Positions 1-7,744 of a stretch of DNA of 64,000 nt are shown one piece after another. The translations under genes and the position numbers were made by a program. The notes below the pieces were generated by a model, which saw only the letters and a program-made list of their open reading frames with translations, had not been told where the DNA came from and searched no databases. The stretch is taken from IMG/VR virus record IMGVR_UViG_3300023700_000001; one strand, written 5' to 3'. The first letter of the stretch is position 1; each line of letters begins with the position of its first letter. Source of the DNA: a virus.

Positions 1-4
1 TTAA

Positions 5-409
5 ATGAGAGACAAGTTCTTTGTTCTTCACGTCACGTTACCTTCTGGCTTTGAGTTAAAGGTTCCGTGTCGTGGATACAATTTAAAATCGTGGAAAGCA
101 TTCGAGGATAGACTCGGTTCTAAATACGATGTTGAAGAAATCAATGAACGTATTTACAACCATCTAATGTTAGGAGACCCAGACGAATGTCTATCATCGC
201 CAGTTGCGGACACCAAGTCCAAGAAATCGAAGACACCTACAACATCGCCACCAAAGAGTGGGAGATCAACGAAGACGGTTGGCAAAAAGCCGTTGCCTTC
301 AAAAGTGTCTGCAAAGACTGCTACGAAGAGTACAAGAAAAACGACGCCATCCTCTCCAGCGAAGCCGAAGAGTTCGACTGGCTCCACAACAAGGAAGAAG
401 ACTAAATGA
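5..409 (+). CDS. hypothetical protein; 3' extent doubtful
   Basis: ATG directly after a TAA. The first ~60 codons look protein-like; the rest is K/S/T/P low-complexity read across the better ORF 187..405 in another frame. Confidence 0.3.
   Translation: MRDKFFVLHVTLPSGFELKVPCRGYNLKSWKAFEDRLGSKYDVEEINERIYNHLMLGDPDECLSSPVADTKSKKSKTPTTSPPKSGRSTKTVGKKPLPSKVSAKTATKSTRKTTPSSPAKPKSSTGSTTRKKTK
187..405 (+). CDS. hypothetical acidic Cys/His-containing protein
   Basis: AGGAG 10 nt upstream. Balanced composition (SCGH...CKDC). Its TAA abuts the next ATG (TAAATG). Confidence 0.5.
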   Translation: MSIIASCGHQVQEIEDTYNIATKEWEINEDGWQKAVAFKSVCKDCYEEYKKNDAILSSEAEEFDWLHNKEED

Positions 410-900
410 AGTTAGCCACATTATCAGAATACGCCAAGCATAAGGATGGCACTTACGTTGCTCTGGAAATGAGTGAATCGTCAATGGATCTGTTGGACCA
501 CTTTGTTGAGGCTAATCTTGGTCTTGATGAACGTGTCACTAAGAATTCGTATCACATCACTGTAATCTACTCTCGCACACCAGTGCCTGATGCAGAGAAA
601 CTCTCTCGTGAATACTCAGTGAAGGCTGATGCTGTTGGTTATGAAATGTTCGACACTAAGGATGGTGGTAAGTGTTTGGTGCTCCGTGTTGAGTCTGCTG
701 AGGCTCGTGCGTTGAATAATACTCTTGGTGCAATGGGTGCTACATCTGACTACGATTCGTACAAACCACATGTGACATTGGCATACAATATCACTCAGGA
801 TATCGATCCTGCTACTCTGCCACTACCAAAGTTCCAATTGGTCTTTGATCACCTGCATGTTGCTCCGTTAGATCCACTCTTTACTCCAGCAAACAAATGA
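406..900 (+). CDS. 2H phosphoesterase superfamily protein (LigT / Acb1-like candidate)
   Basis: Two H-x-T motifs, YH50ITVIYS and PH122VTLAY, about 70 aa apart in a 164-aa protein. This is the signature of the 2H fold. Confidence 0.7.
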   Translation: MKLATLSEYAKHKDGTYVALEMSESSMDLLDHFVEANLGLDERVTKNSYHITVIYSRTPVPDAEKLSREYSVKADAVGYEMFDTKDGGKCLVLRVESAEARALNNTLGAMGATSDYDSYKPHVTLAYNITQDIDPATLPLPKFQLVFDHLHVAPLDPLFTPANK

Positions 901-1262
901 ACGATACACTAATACTCATTGCTCTGTTATTCACTAAACACTTTGTAGTGGACTTTCCACTGCAGACTAAGTTCCAGTGGAGTAACAAAGGTACGTATGG
1001 CCATGTGGGTGGAATCCTGCATGCTGCATTCCATGGCATGGGTACTTGGTGTTGTTTCGCTTGGTATGCTCCAGAGGCTGCTGTTTATCTCTCGTTCTTG
1101 GATGCTGCGATTCATTACAACATCGACTGGGCTAAGATGAATCTCAATGCCAAGATGGGTTGGGGTCCAAACACTCATGAACAGTTCTGGTGGTTGCTTG
1201 GCATGGATCAATTCCTGCATGCAATGACTTATGTTGGCTTGGTTGCTCTTGTTACAAAATGA
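897..1262 (+). CDS. membrane protein (DUF3307-like)
   Basis: ATGA overlap with the upstream gene. Several hydrophobic segments. The HFVVDFPLQ and His-rich motifs resemble DUF3307 (from memory). Confidence 0.6.
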   Translation: MNDTLILIALLFTKHFVVDFPLQTKFQWSNKGTYGHVGGILHAAFHGMGTWCCFAWYAPEAAVYLSFLDAAIHYNIDWAKMNLNAKMGWGPNTHEQFWWLLGMDQFLHAMTYVGLVALVTK

Positions 1263-1720
1263 CTCACATCTACGTAGTTGCTGGTACGTTTGACCAAGCA
1301 AAAGAATACATCGCTAAAAAGAGATCAAACTATGCGATATCTGGCGCACCACCATTATTGATGCCAAACTATCTGGCAGTGACCAATGTGATGCATCTTA
1401 AGGGTATTCGTAATCCAAAGGGTGTATTGATTGGTACGTGGAGAGAACGACCAGACATTGTCGAAATACTCGAGACATTGATGTTGGCTTCTGATGTGCC
1501 AAACAAAGCATTGGTTGATGTCTACGATGGACTATTTCCTAAAAAGAGACCAACTCCGAAACTAAAACCAGATGATGTGGTACAATCAGCTGCTGAATTG
1601 CTCGCTAAAGAGATTGATGCTCAGGTTCTTAAACAATTGATAAGTAACACCCCAGATTATATTAACGAATATGTAATGAAAGATACAAGCGCATGGACAA
1701 TGTTACCCCTGAAACCGTAA
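1259..1720 (+). CDS. hypothetical protein
   Basis: Track ORF 1190..1720 trimmed to the in-frame ATG at 1259, which overlaps the upstream stop (ATGA). Confidence 0.65.
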   Translation: MTHIYVVAGTFDQAKEYIAKKRSNYAISGAPPLLMPNYLAVTNVMHLKGIRNPKGVLIGTWRERPDIVEILETLMLASDVPNKALVDVYDGLFPKKRPTPKLKPDDVVQSAAELLAKEIDAQVLKQLISNTPDYINEYVMKDTSAWTMLPLKP

Positions 1721-2019
1721 AGATGTGGAAGAAGCCAGTGATGATTCACGGCTATCGCCTTCAACAAACTTGCTCTGCATGTCCAGAGCAATATGACGTA
1801 TATGCTGGTGAAGAACAGGTTGCATATTTCCGTCTGCGTCATGGTGGGTTCACTGCATCAGTACCAGATTATGGTGGTGATGTAGTTTATGAAGCAGAAC
1901 CACAAGGTGATGGTATCTTCGATCGTGAAGAACGTGTATGGTTTCTAACTCAAGCAATTCTTGCAGTGCAGGAATATTATATCAATCGCCGTTGGGATAA
2001 GGATGATGAATGGCTATGA
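1693..2019 (+). CDS. hypothetical protein
   Basis: ORF track. An alternative ATG at 1723 lies just after the upstream stop. Confidence 0.6.
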   Translation: MDNVTPETVKMWKKPVMIHGYRLQQTCSACPEQYDVYAGEEQVAYFRLRHGGFTASVPDYGGDVVYEAEPQGDGIFDREERVWFLTQAILAVQEYYINRRWDKDDEWL

Positions 2020-2288
2020 AGAAAATTACTAAAATCGTTACGTTCTATGATGATGGTACATTCGATGAATCGACTCCATCTTTGACACCAGTGAATCCAC
2101 CAGTGCCATATACACCTTGGAATCCATCGATGCCATACCAACCGATTCAACCAAAGAATCCATATGGTCCAACGTATCCTTGGGAGCCACCATACACTAT
2201 CTGGTGCAAGACTGCAGACGGTACAGTGCAAGAGATGACTCTGACCAGTCCAATTGTTGCACAGACCACAGGAGACACTAATGTTTAG
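2010..2288 (+). CDS. hypothetical Pro-rich protein
   Basis: ORF track. Short overlap with the upstream gene. Confidence 0.55.
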   Translation: MAMKKITKIVTFYDDGTFDESTPSLTPVNPPVPYTPWNPSMPYQPIQPKNPYGPTYPWEPPYTIWCKTADGTVQEMTLTSPIVAQTTGDTNV

Positions 2289-2335
2289 ACAATTACTCTC
2301 TGAGATTATCAGAGGCTATCTCGAGGAGATGAAAA

Positions 2336-2506
2336 ATGACAATAACACTAACATGCATGGAGTGCAGTGAACCTGCTGTGTGGATTCGCTCTACACAATT
2401 TGCTGGTGATCACCCATACTGCGAACGACATGCGGAGAAACAATCAGACTTCGAAGATGAACCTGATTCTTACTCTTACTGGTACAAAGTAGATGCTGAC
2501 AAGTGA
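2336..2506 (+). CDS. small Cys-rich (zinc-ribbon-like) protein, 56 aa
   Basis: GAGGAG 6 nt upstream of the ATG. C-x2-C ... C-x3-H. Below the track cutoff; translated by hand. Confidence 0.5.
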   Translation: MTITLTCMECSEPAVWIRSTQFAGDHPYCERHAEKQSDFEDEPDSYSYWYKVDADK

Positions 2507-2792
2507 TGTGAGGTTCGATGTATACGAATATGCCATCGGTGGTAAGATGGTGGTTGGTCGTGCTCGAATGTCTTATGAATGGAAAACTCTATTGGAAGAT
2601 GGTGATCAAGACGCCAGAGATAAGTTAAAGGCTGAATTGATCCATCAGATGGCAGACTACATGCTAACGCACAAGCTGGTTGAGTTTACTTACCAAGACG
2701 ATATCGCTACTGGTGATAAGATGGTTGCTTGTCGTGCTTATCTGGCTCCAGACTCTCAAGTTAAAATTATTAGATCTGTTCTTAAAGTATGA
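2493..2792 (+). CDS. hypothetical protein
   Basis: ORF track. An alternative GTG at 2508 lies right after the upstream TGA. Confidence 0.6.
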   Translation: MLTSDVRFDVYEYAIGGKMVVGRARMSYEWKTLLEDGDQDARDKLKAELIHQMADYMLTHKLVEFTYQDDIATGDKMVACRAYLAPDSQVKIIRSVLKV

Positions 2793-3049
2793 ACCTATTA
2801 GACAATATACGTGCTGGCGCTGAACAACAAGGCGACGATGACAAGGGCTACGAAGAGATTCCATTACACACTATCACTGGTGGAAATGGTCGTCCATACA
2901 TGTCTATCGCTGATCGTGATACTACAATCAGTATGCGTCTGCATCACTACGACGATATCTACCAACGTGGAATCTTCTTGCATATTGACAAGAAAGCTAT
3001 TCCTGAGATGATTGCTATTTTGGAGAAAATCAATGCAACCAAAAACTAA
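2789..3049 (+). CDS. hypothetical protein
   Basis: ORF track; ATGA overlap. Confidence 0.6.
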   Translation: MNLLDNIRAGAEQQGDDDKGYEEIPLHTITGGNGRPYMSIADRDTTISMRLHHYDDIYQRGIFLHIDKKAIPEMIAILEKINATKN

Positions 3050-3206
3050 ACCAATTCCAGTTCGACAAAAGAAACTAACCAAGGAAGAATTCTTACAACA
3101 GTGGGTGTTGACTCGTGCAGCATTCCGTGAGGACTTCTCTGGTACTGCAGCTGCTCGTGCTGCAGACGATGTATGGAAAGAAATTCAAAGGCTCACCGCA
3201 AAATGA
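3033..3206 (+). CDS. hypothetical protein
   Basis: Track ORF 3012..3206 trimmed to the ATG at 3033. Confidence 0.5.
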   Translation: MQPKTKPIPVRQKKLTKEEFLQQWVLTRAAFREDFSGTAAARAADDVWKEIQRLTAK

Positions 3207-3388
3207 TGACACTATTCGCAGTACTGACAATCGCATACATCGCTGCCACAACTTATGCTAGCATGGCTTTTGCTAATTTCTGTCGCCGTAAGTTCTACTG
3301 GGACGAGGCTGGTGTGGCTCTACTATTGATATTCGCATTCTGGGTATTTCCATTCACTGTTGCCACTGATATGGGCTGGATTCGATGA
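3203..3388 (+). CDS. small membrane protein (2 TM)
   Basis: Track ORF trimmed to the ATG at 3203, which overlaps the upstream TGA (ATGA). Hydrophobic. Confidence 0.55.
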   Translation: MMTLFAVLTIAYIAATTYASMAFANFCRRKFYWDEAGVALLLIFAFWVFPFTVATDMGWIR

Positions 3389-3726
3389 AGGTAATCATTG
3401 CTGGTGGTCGTGACTACCATAACTACGAAACTCTCCTAGAAGCAATCAAGGAAGCACAATTCGATATTACTACTGTAGTGTCTGGTGGAGCCAATGGTGT
3501 TGATGCTCTTGGAGAACGATACGCTGAAGAGATGAATAAAACTCTCAACGTGTACGAAGCTGACTGGGCTACGCATGGTCGTGCTGCTGGTCCAATTCGT
3601 AATCGTAAGATGGCAGAGAATGCAGAAGCACTCATTGCTATCTGGGATGGACAGTCACGTGGCACTAAGAATATGATCGAGACTGCCACTAAAAAAGGAT
3701 TGTTAGTATATGTTAAACGAGTCTGA
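3385..3726 (+). CDS. SLOG-fold protein (DUF2493/YpsA-like)
   Basis: IIAGGRDY, VVSGGANGVDALGERYA, GPIRNRKM and ALIAIWDGQSRGTKNMI motifs (from memory). Confidence 0.6.
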   Translation: MKVIIAGGRDYHNYETLLEAIKEAQFDITTVVSGGANGVDALGERYAEEMNKTLNVYEADWATHGRAAGPIRNRKMAENAEALIAIWDGQSRGTKNMIETATKKGLLVYVKRV

Positions 3727-3961
3727 CGTAATCAAAGAAATCAATCGTCGTGCAAACGCTAAGGTCAAACTGATTCGTAAGCACCAGAAAGAACTTCAGG
3801 AGATATACGACCAGTGCACCCACGAAGGTACATTGGAACGGAAGAGTCGATACTTTAGTGGTTCTTACAACGATACAGCCCACACTACGTACTGGAATGA
3901 ATGCACTGTCTGCGGTAAGAAGAGCGAAGAGATCGTGAAAGACCATAGCTGGTACGGGTAA
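3710..3961 (+). CDS. hypothetical protein (C-terminal C-x2-C)
   Basis: ORF track. Followed by a terminator. Confidence 0.6.
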   Translation: MLNESDVIKEINRRANAKVKLIRKHQKELQEIYDQCTHEGTLERKSRYFSGSYNDTAHTTYWNECTVCGKKSEEIVKDHSWYG

Positions 3962-3984
3962 TCCTTTAGGTTTACTTTTAATAA

Positions 3985-4005
3985 CCCCACCTTGCGTGGG
4001 GTTTT
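3985..4005 (+). terminator. rho-independent terminator
   Basis: CCCCAC-cttgc-GTGGGG hairpin followed by TTTT. Confidence 0.7.
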
Positions 4006-4017
4006 GTCATTTATCCC

Positions 4018-4045
4018 TTGTCGTTATTGCAAATTGATGTATAAT
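4018..4045 (+). promoter_or_regulatory. sigma70-type early promoter
   Basis: TTGTCG, 16-nt spacer, TATAAT. Shares the attgcaaattgatgTATAAT core with the promoter at 5737. Confidence 0.6.
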
Positions 4046-4051
4046 AACTAC

Positions 4052-4231
4052 ATGGAAACGAAAAACAAAACCTCTCGCCTCTACTACGCTAACACTTGGT
4101 TCACGATGCCTTTCCGTGTTCATGGTTATTGGGTCGAGGACGCCACTGGTAAGAACGTCGCTGAAGCTGCTAGCCGAGAGTTAGCCGAAGCCATTAAACA
4201 GACCCTGAACTCAATGGAGCCAACAAAATGA
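4052..4231 (+). CDS. hypothetical protein, 59 aa (candidate leaderless mRNA)
   Basis: Track ORF 3992..4231 runs through the terminator and promoter. The in-frame ATG at 4052 lies exactly 7 nt after TATAAT and has no SD. Confidence 0.5.
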   Translation: METKNKTSRLYYANTWFTMPFRVHGYWVEDATGKNVAEAASRELAEAIKQTLNSMEPTK

Positions 4232-4389
4232 AGTATATCCTAGTTGAAGCAACAAACCCTAAAGAGCTAATGGTTCGTGTAAACGATTTTATTGGTGAAG
4301 GCTACACGCCACAAGGTGGAATCAGCGTTGCCTGCCACTATAGCGGTAGCATCTATTACACTCAAGCAATGGTGAAAGAACATGTCTGA
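4228..4389 (+). CDS. small protein, 53 aa (DUF1737-like)
   Basis: ATGA overlap. The pattern EELxxxVNxFIxEGYxPQGG recalls DUF1737 (from memory). Translated by hand. Confidence 0.5.
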   Translation: MKYILVEATNPKELMVRVNDFIGEGYTPQGGISVACHYSGSIYYTQAMVKEHV

Positions 4390-4612
4390 ATACGTCGTAG
4401 TCCACCTCTCGCCTAACTACAAATGCGCTCACGAGGACGATGCTCCCATCCTCTTCGAATCCGACTGTTTGGCTCAGGCTATCACCTACTCATCCAAGCG
4501 TTGGGACTCCGAGAAGGTCGATATAGCCGTTTATCAGCCTCGTACAGAGGGTTATCGCCAGATCAATCGTCACCCTGCTCGGGACGCTAAAGGTCGTTTC
4601 GAGGCTCGATAA
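4382..4612 (+). CDS. hypothetical protein
   Basis: ORF track; 8-nt overlap. Confidence 0.6.
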   Translation: MSEYVVVHLSPNYKCAHEDDAPILFESDCLAQAITYSSKRWDSEKVDIAVYQPRTEGYRQINRHPARDAKGRFEAR

Positions 4613-4646
4613 TAACCCTCAGAATTGTAGGTTATCCAGATACTTG

Positions 4647-4675
4647 TTGTCGTAGTTGCAAGATGGCTGTATAAT
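4647..4675 (+). promoter_or_regulatory. sigma70-type early promoter with conserved leader
   Basis: TTGTCG, 17-nt spacer, TATAAT, followed by the conserved leader ACTACAGTTGATTAGGA (4677-4693). Confidence 0.7.
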
Positions 4676-4700
4676 AACTACAGTTGATTAGGAGAACGAA

Positions 4701-4844
4701 ATGAACCGAAATGATCTGATTGAATTGATTCTTGACCATGCTATCCAGACTGGTACTTACTCTGAAATGTTTATGGATCGTCTGCGTGGTAGCAGTGATT
4801 CTGAACTGGGTGCCATCCTCGAGAAATTTGAAGACGCCATCTAA
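4701..4844 (+). CDS. small protein, 47 aa
   Basis: ATG 8 nt after the AGGAG of the conserved leader. Translated by hand. Confidence 0.5.
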   Translation: MNRNDLIELILDHAIQTGTYSEMFMDRLRGSSDSELGAILEKFEDAI

Positions 4845-4854
4845 GGAGATCAAA

Positions 4855-5001
4855 ATGCGTGTTACTTTTCGTCTTGTTCGTATCGGTGAAGTGTTTAACT
4901 GTAATGGTAACACTTATGTAAAGAAGTCCACTCGGACTGCGCTGATGCTCTCTGCTCCCCATACGTTCTACTTCAGCCAGACTGACGACTGCACCATCTA
5001 A
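4855..5001 (+). CDS. small protein, 48 aa
   Basis: AAGGAG 6 nt upstream. This is the 3' part of track ORF 4732..5001. Confidence 0.5.
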   Translation: MRVTFRLVRIGEVFNCNGNTYVKKSTRTALMLSAPHTFYFSQTDDCTI

Positions 5002-5010
5002 GGATATAAA

Positions 5011-5187
5011 ATGTACATCGAAATAACTACCTTCGCTATCCCTACATTCCTGATCACTCTGCTTAAAATAGCAGTTATCGTGGCTGGTGTGTGGCTTCTG
5101 TTGGGTATGGTTGGAATTTATTTCTACAATCGTAGTATAATCAAGCAAATGAAGATCAACGCTGAGATCGATCGTCTTCACAAGTAA
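5011..5187 (+). CDS. small membrane protein, 58 aa
   Basis: AAGGA upstream. One long hydrophobic stretch. Translated by hand. Confidence 0.5.
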   Translation: MYIEITTFAIPTFLITLLKIAVIVAGVWLLLGMVGIYFYNRSIIKQMKINAEIDRLHK

Positions 5188-5196
5188 GGAATCAAA

Positions 5197-5394
5197 ATGG
5201 ATCTAATCAAAGTCGGTAAAGCCCTCAATTACTTGTGGAGCACTTACGCTAAGGTAGCAGCATACAAGGAATACGCCTCTACAGCGTCCCATAGGGCTGA
5301 AGAAGGACACTATACTCGCCGTGCTCTGAAGTGGAAGGCTAAGGCTATCGTCGGTCACGACCGAATCCTGACAGATAAAACCCCATACTTCTGA
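5197..5394 (+). CDS. hypothetical protein
   Basis: ORF track; AAGGA upstream. Confidence 0.6.
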   Translation: MDLIKVGKALNYLWSTYAKVAAYKEYASTASHRAEEGHYTRRALKWKAKAIVGHDRILTDKTPYF

Positions 5395-5413
5395 GGGTTA
5401 TTCCAGAAAGTTG

Positions 5414-5441
5414 TTGTCCAAATTGCAGATTGATGTATAAT
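5414..5441 (+). promoter_or_regulatory. sigma70-type early promoter with conserved leader
   Basis: TTGTCC, 16-nt spacer, TATAAT. Upstream box GAGGGTTATTnCAGAAAGTTG. Leader ACTACAGTTGATTAGGA at 5443-5459. Confidence 0.7.
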
Positions 5442-5465
5442 AACTACAGTTGATTAGGAAACAAA

Positions 5466-5732
5466 ATGCCACGCAAAATGAACCAACCCTCGACAATCTT
5501 GAAGAACATTATGAACGACTGTTCTTGGCCAAGCGAGGCTCTTGTGCGAACAACTTGGTCGGATGAAAAGATTATCGCTGATCTGAAAGACTTTGCTGAG
5601 CAAATGTGGCACAATCAGTACATCGAAGTCGATGTTAGCAAAGTGACTCCCGAAGCGTTTCGTAAAGCAGCTGTGCGCCAGCAATTGTACTTGAAAGAAC
5701 TTTGGGCAGGTGAGCCAGAAGAATTTATGTGA
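5466..5732 (+). CDS. hypothetical protein
   Basis: ORF track. First gene behind a promoter/leader cassette. Confidence 0.65.
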   Translation: MPRKMNQPSTILKNIMNDCSWPSEALVRTTWSDEKIIADLKDFAEQMWHNQYIEVDVSKVTPEAFRKAAVRQQLYLKELWAGEPEEFM

Positions 5733-5736
5733 GTTG

Positions 5737-5764
5737 TTGACTTTATTGCAAATTGATGTATAAT
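5737..5764 (+). promoter_or_regulatory. sigma70-type early promoter
   Basis: TTGACT, 16-nt spacer, TATAAT. Confidence 0.7.
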
Positions 5765-5789
5765 AGAGTCATCTGCTTAGGAGATCAAA

Positions 5790-5870
5790 ATGTTGAACGC
5801 TAAAGAATTTCAGGAACAATTGGAATGGTTTTGGTTGTTTTGCCAAGAAGAAGCATGGAGTGAAGAATGA
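5790..5870 (+). CDS. micro-ORF, 26 aa
   Basis: AGGAG 7 nt upstream. ATGA overlap with the next gene. Very short. Confidence 0.3.
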   Translation: MLNAKEFQEQLEWFWLFCQEEAWSEE

Positions 5871-6130
5871 CTATCAAAGTATACCCAAGCACATACGTGA
5901 GCAACGAAGAAAATGCTCGACAACGCACTGTGGCAGAACAAGTTGCCATCGAGTTTCAGGAAGAGTTTGCTGCCATGTGCGAGAAGTATAAGGTAGAATT
6001 CTCTGTTCGTGAGAACACCAGTGGTTATGCCAGCTACGTTGAAGGTATCGACGTGGACTTTGACTGCATCTACAAAGATGGCGAGACTGTTCGTCCATAC
6101 TTCACTATCCAATTCGGCAGCAGCATTTAA
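5867..6130 (+). CDS. hypothetical protein
   Basis: ORF track. Confidence 0.6.
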   Translation: MTIKVYPSTYVSNEENARQRTVAEQVAIEFQEEFAAMCEKYKVEFSVRENTSGYASYVEGIDVDFDCIYKDGETVRPYFTIQFGSSI

Positions 6131-6140
6131 GGAAAACAAA

Positions 6141-6470
6141 ATGATTACCGCAAAGGAAGCCAAAGAACTGTATGACCAAAGTGGTCAAGAAGTTGCTGAC
6201 TATTTGAAGCATACAGTAGAGAAAGAAGTCGTTAAAGCCGCAGAAGGTGGCAAACGTGAAACTATCATCCACTTGGGTAGTATGGGCTCATACGACCATC
6301 TTGATCAGATAATTACTCCCTTGCAAAAGGCTGTGGTTTGGAAACTCAAAGAGTTGGGATATCGTGCAGAGATTAAACTCGACGGTGACTGGTATGTGCC
6401 TCGCGGCTTAGCAGACGATGACGGTAATGGTCCAAAGCATATAAACTACGGCATTCAAATTAGCTGGTAA
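6141..6470 (+). CDS. hypothetical protein
   Basis: Track ORF 6009..6470 trimmed to the ATG at 6141, preceded by AAGGA. Confidence 0.6.
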   Translation: MITAKEAKELYDQSGQEVADYLKHTVEKEVVKAAEGGKRETIIHLGSMGSYDHLDQIITPLQKAVVWKLKELGYRAEIKLDGDWYVPRGLADDDGNGPKHINYGIQISW

Positions 6471-6479
6471 GGAAACAAA

Positions 6480-6668
6480 ATGAACGTACATAAAATCGTA
6501 CCTTGGTTTATTGGAATGGTGTTTGTATTCATCTTCGCCAGTTGGATCACTATGGGTGTTATCGCATACAAGAGTATTGACGCTGTGAATGAACATGGTG
6601 TCAAGGGAGTTATCGAATCCGTCTGGTGCGGTAAAGATGCTGATTGTAAACTACCAGAAAGTAAATGA
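6480..6668 (+). CDS. small membrane protein
   Basis: ORF track. N-terminal TM segment. AAGGA upstream. Confidence 0.6.
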   Translation: MNVHKIVPWFIGMVFVFIFASWITMGVIAYKSIDAVNEHGVKGVIESVWCGKDADCKLPESK

Positions 6669-6904
6669 TGAGTCAAAGAGCACGAGAATATTTCAATACG
6701 TATCCTTGCCCTAATGAGCCACGATATTTCACAATGTTCGGCTATCTGTTCTCTGCCAACTGGGCTGACGACTGCTGGACACATATCACTGATCGTGAGA
6801 AAGAAAAGACTGATTACATCCACGTTGGCAAGGTTCGTAATATGAATGGCCAAACGATGTATGAGATCGTCATATGGAAATTTTTATTGTTGTGGGGTAA
6901 ATGA
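6665..6904 (+). CDS. hypothetical protein
   Basis: ORF track; ATGA overlap. Confidence 0.6.
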   Translation: MMSQRAREYFNTYPCPNEPRYFTMFGYLFSANWADDCWTHITDREKEKTDYIHVGKVRNMNGQTMYEIVIWKFLLLWGK

Positions 6905-7092
6905 TGACTAATCCTGTAACCAAAGATACCTTAGTTCGTGGTGGCAAGTACAATTGGAAATGGCAACCTGAACGATTGGAATACTTGCGTCAAGTCGGCT
7001 CATGGTTTCAATTTGCGTTGATTTCTGAACCTACGAAAATTTGGTGTGAAGTGCTTGAGAAAGACTTAGTGAACTTTGAGGAATCAAAATGA
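6901..7092 (+). CDS. hypothetical protein
   Basis: ORF track; ATGA overlap. Confidence 0.6.
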   Translation: MMTNPVTKDTLVRGGKYNWKWQPERLEYLRQVGSWFQFALISEPTKIWCEVLEKDLVNFEESK

Positions 7093-7319
7093 ACGTAGAA
7101 CGAATTCAAGAACTGTATAAACAGGCTATCCAATATACTAACAGTGTAATTCCTGCTGAACGACGATACAATGACATCTACTATGCAACTGCCTGTGGTA
7201 AACATGCTGAGTTAATTGTAAAAGAATGTGTCCAAATGTTTGCTGAGAATGGATATGACGAAAGTTGTGATATGCTTATTGAACATTGGGATATTGATCC
7301 AAGAACATTTCGGAGTTGA
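7089..7319 (+). CDS. small paralog family member (frameshifted C-terminus)
   Basis: Has the MNVERIQELYKQA and HAELIVKEC motifs. The canonical family end QEHFGVEE-TGA is present at 7300-7326 but in the +1 frame. Confidence 0.55.
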   Translation: MNVERIQELYKQAIQYTNSVIPAERRYNDIYYATACGKHAELIVKECVQMFAENGYDESCDMLIEHWDIDPRTFRS

Positions 7320-7322
7320 AGA

Positions 7323-7547
7323 ATGAGTATCGTTAATGAAGTGATGAGAGAGTCTGACATCGTATTCGAAGAGGCAGTCGCTGGTGTGCCCATTGCTCTG
7401 CTCTCTATGGATGACATGCACTGTTTCGCTGAGAATTTGATCTTTGAGGTTATCCGTGGACTGCGTAACTCGTATCCACCAGACGACTGTGTACCTATCG
7501 AAGAGATCGAAGCCCATCTACAAGAGAAGTTTGGATTGGACGTATGA
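7323..7547 (+). CDS. small paralog family member (divergent)
   Basis: FAENLIFEVI and a C-terminal EKFGLDV. ATGA coupling. Confidence 0.55.
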   Translation: MSIVNEVMRESDIVFEEAVAGVPIALLSMDDMHCFAENLIFEVIRGLRNSYPPDDCVPIEEIEAHLQEKFGLDV

Positions 7548-7744
7548 ACCCCAAAAGAGTCAAATGTCTAATGGATAAAGCGTATGAGCCATTCAAGAAA
7601 CAAGGCTCGTACTTCACTCAAGAATTGCTGCTGGCTGAGTTCGCACGACTGATTGGTGAAGAAGTTTTGACATTACAGAACCGACACGGTAACATTAAGC
7701 CTCGAGTCGTAAAGGCATATTTTGGAGTTGAAGATAATGAGTAA
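7544..7744 (+). CDS. small paralog family member (divergent)
   Basis: FARLIGEEV and a C-terminal KAYFGVED. Confidence 0.55.
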   Translation: MNPKRVKCLMDKAYEPFKKQGSYFTQELLLAEFARLIGEEVLTLQNRHGNIKPRVVKAYFGVEDNE

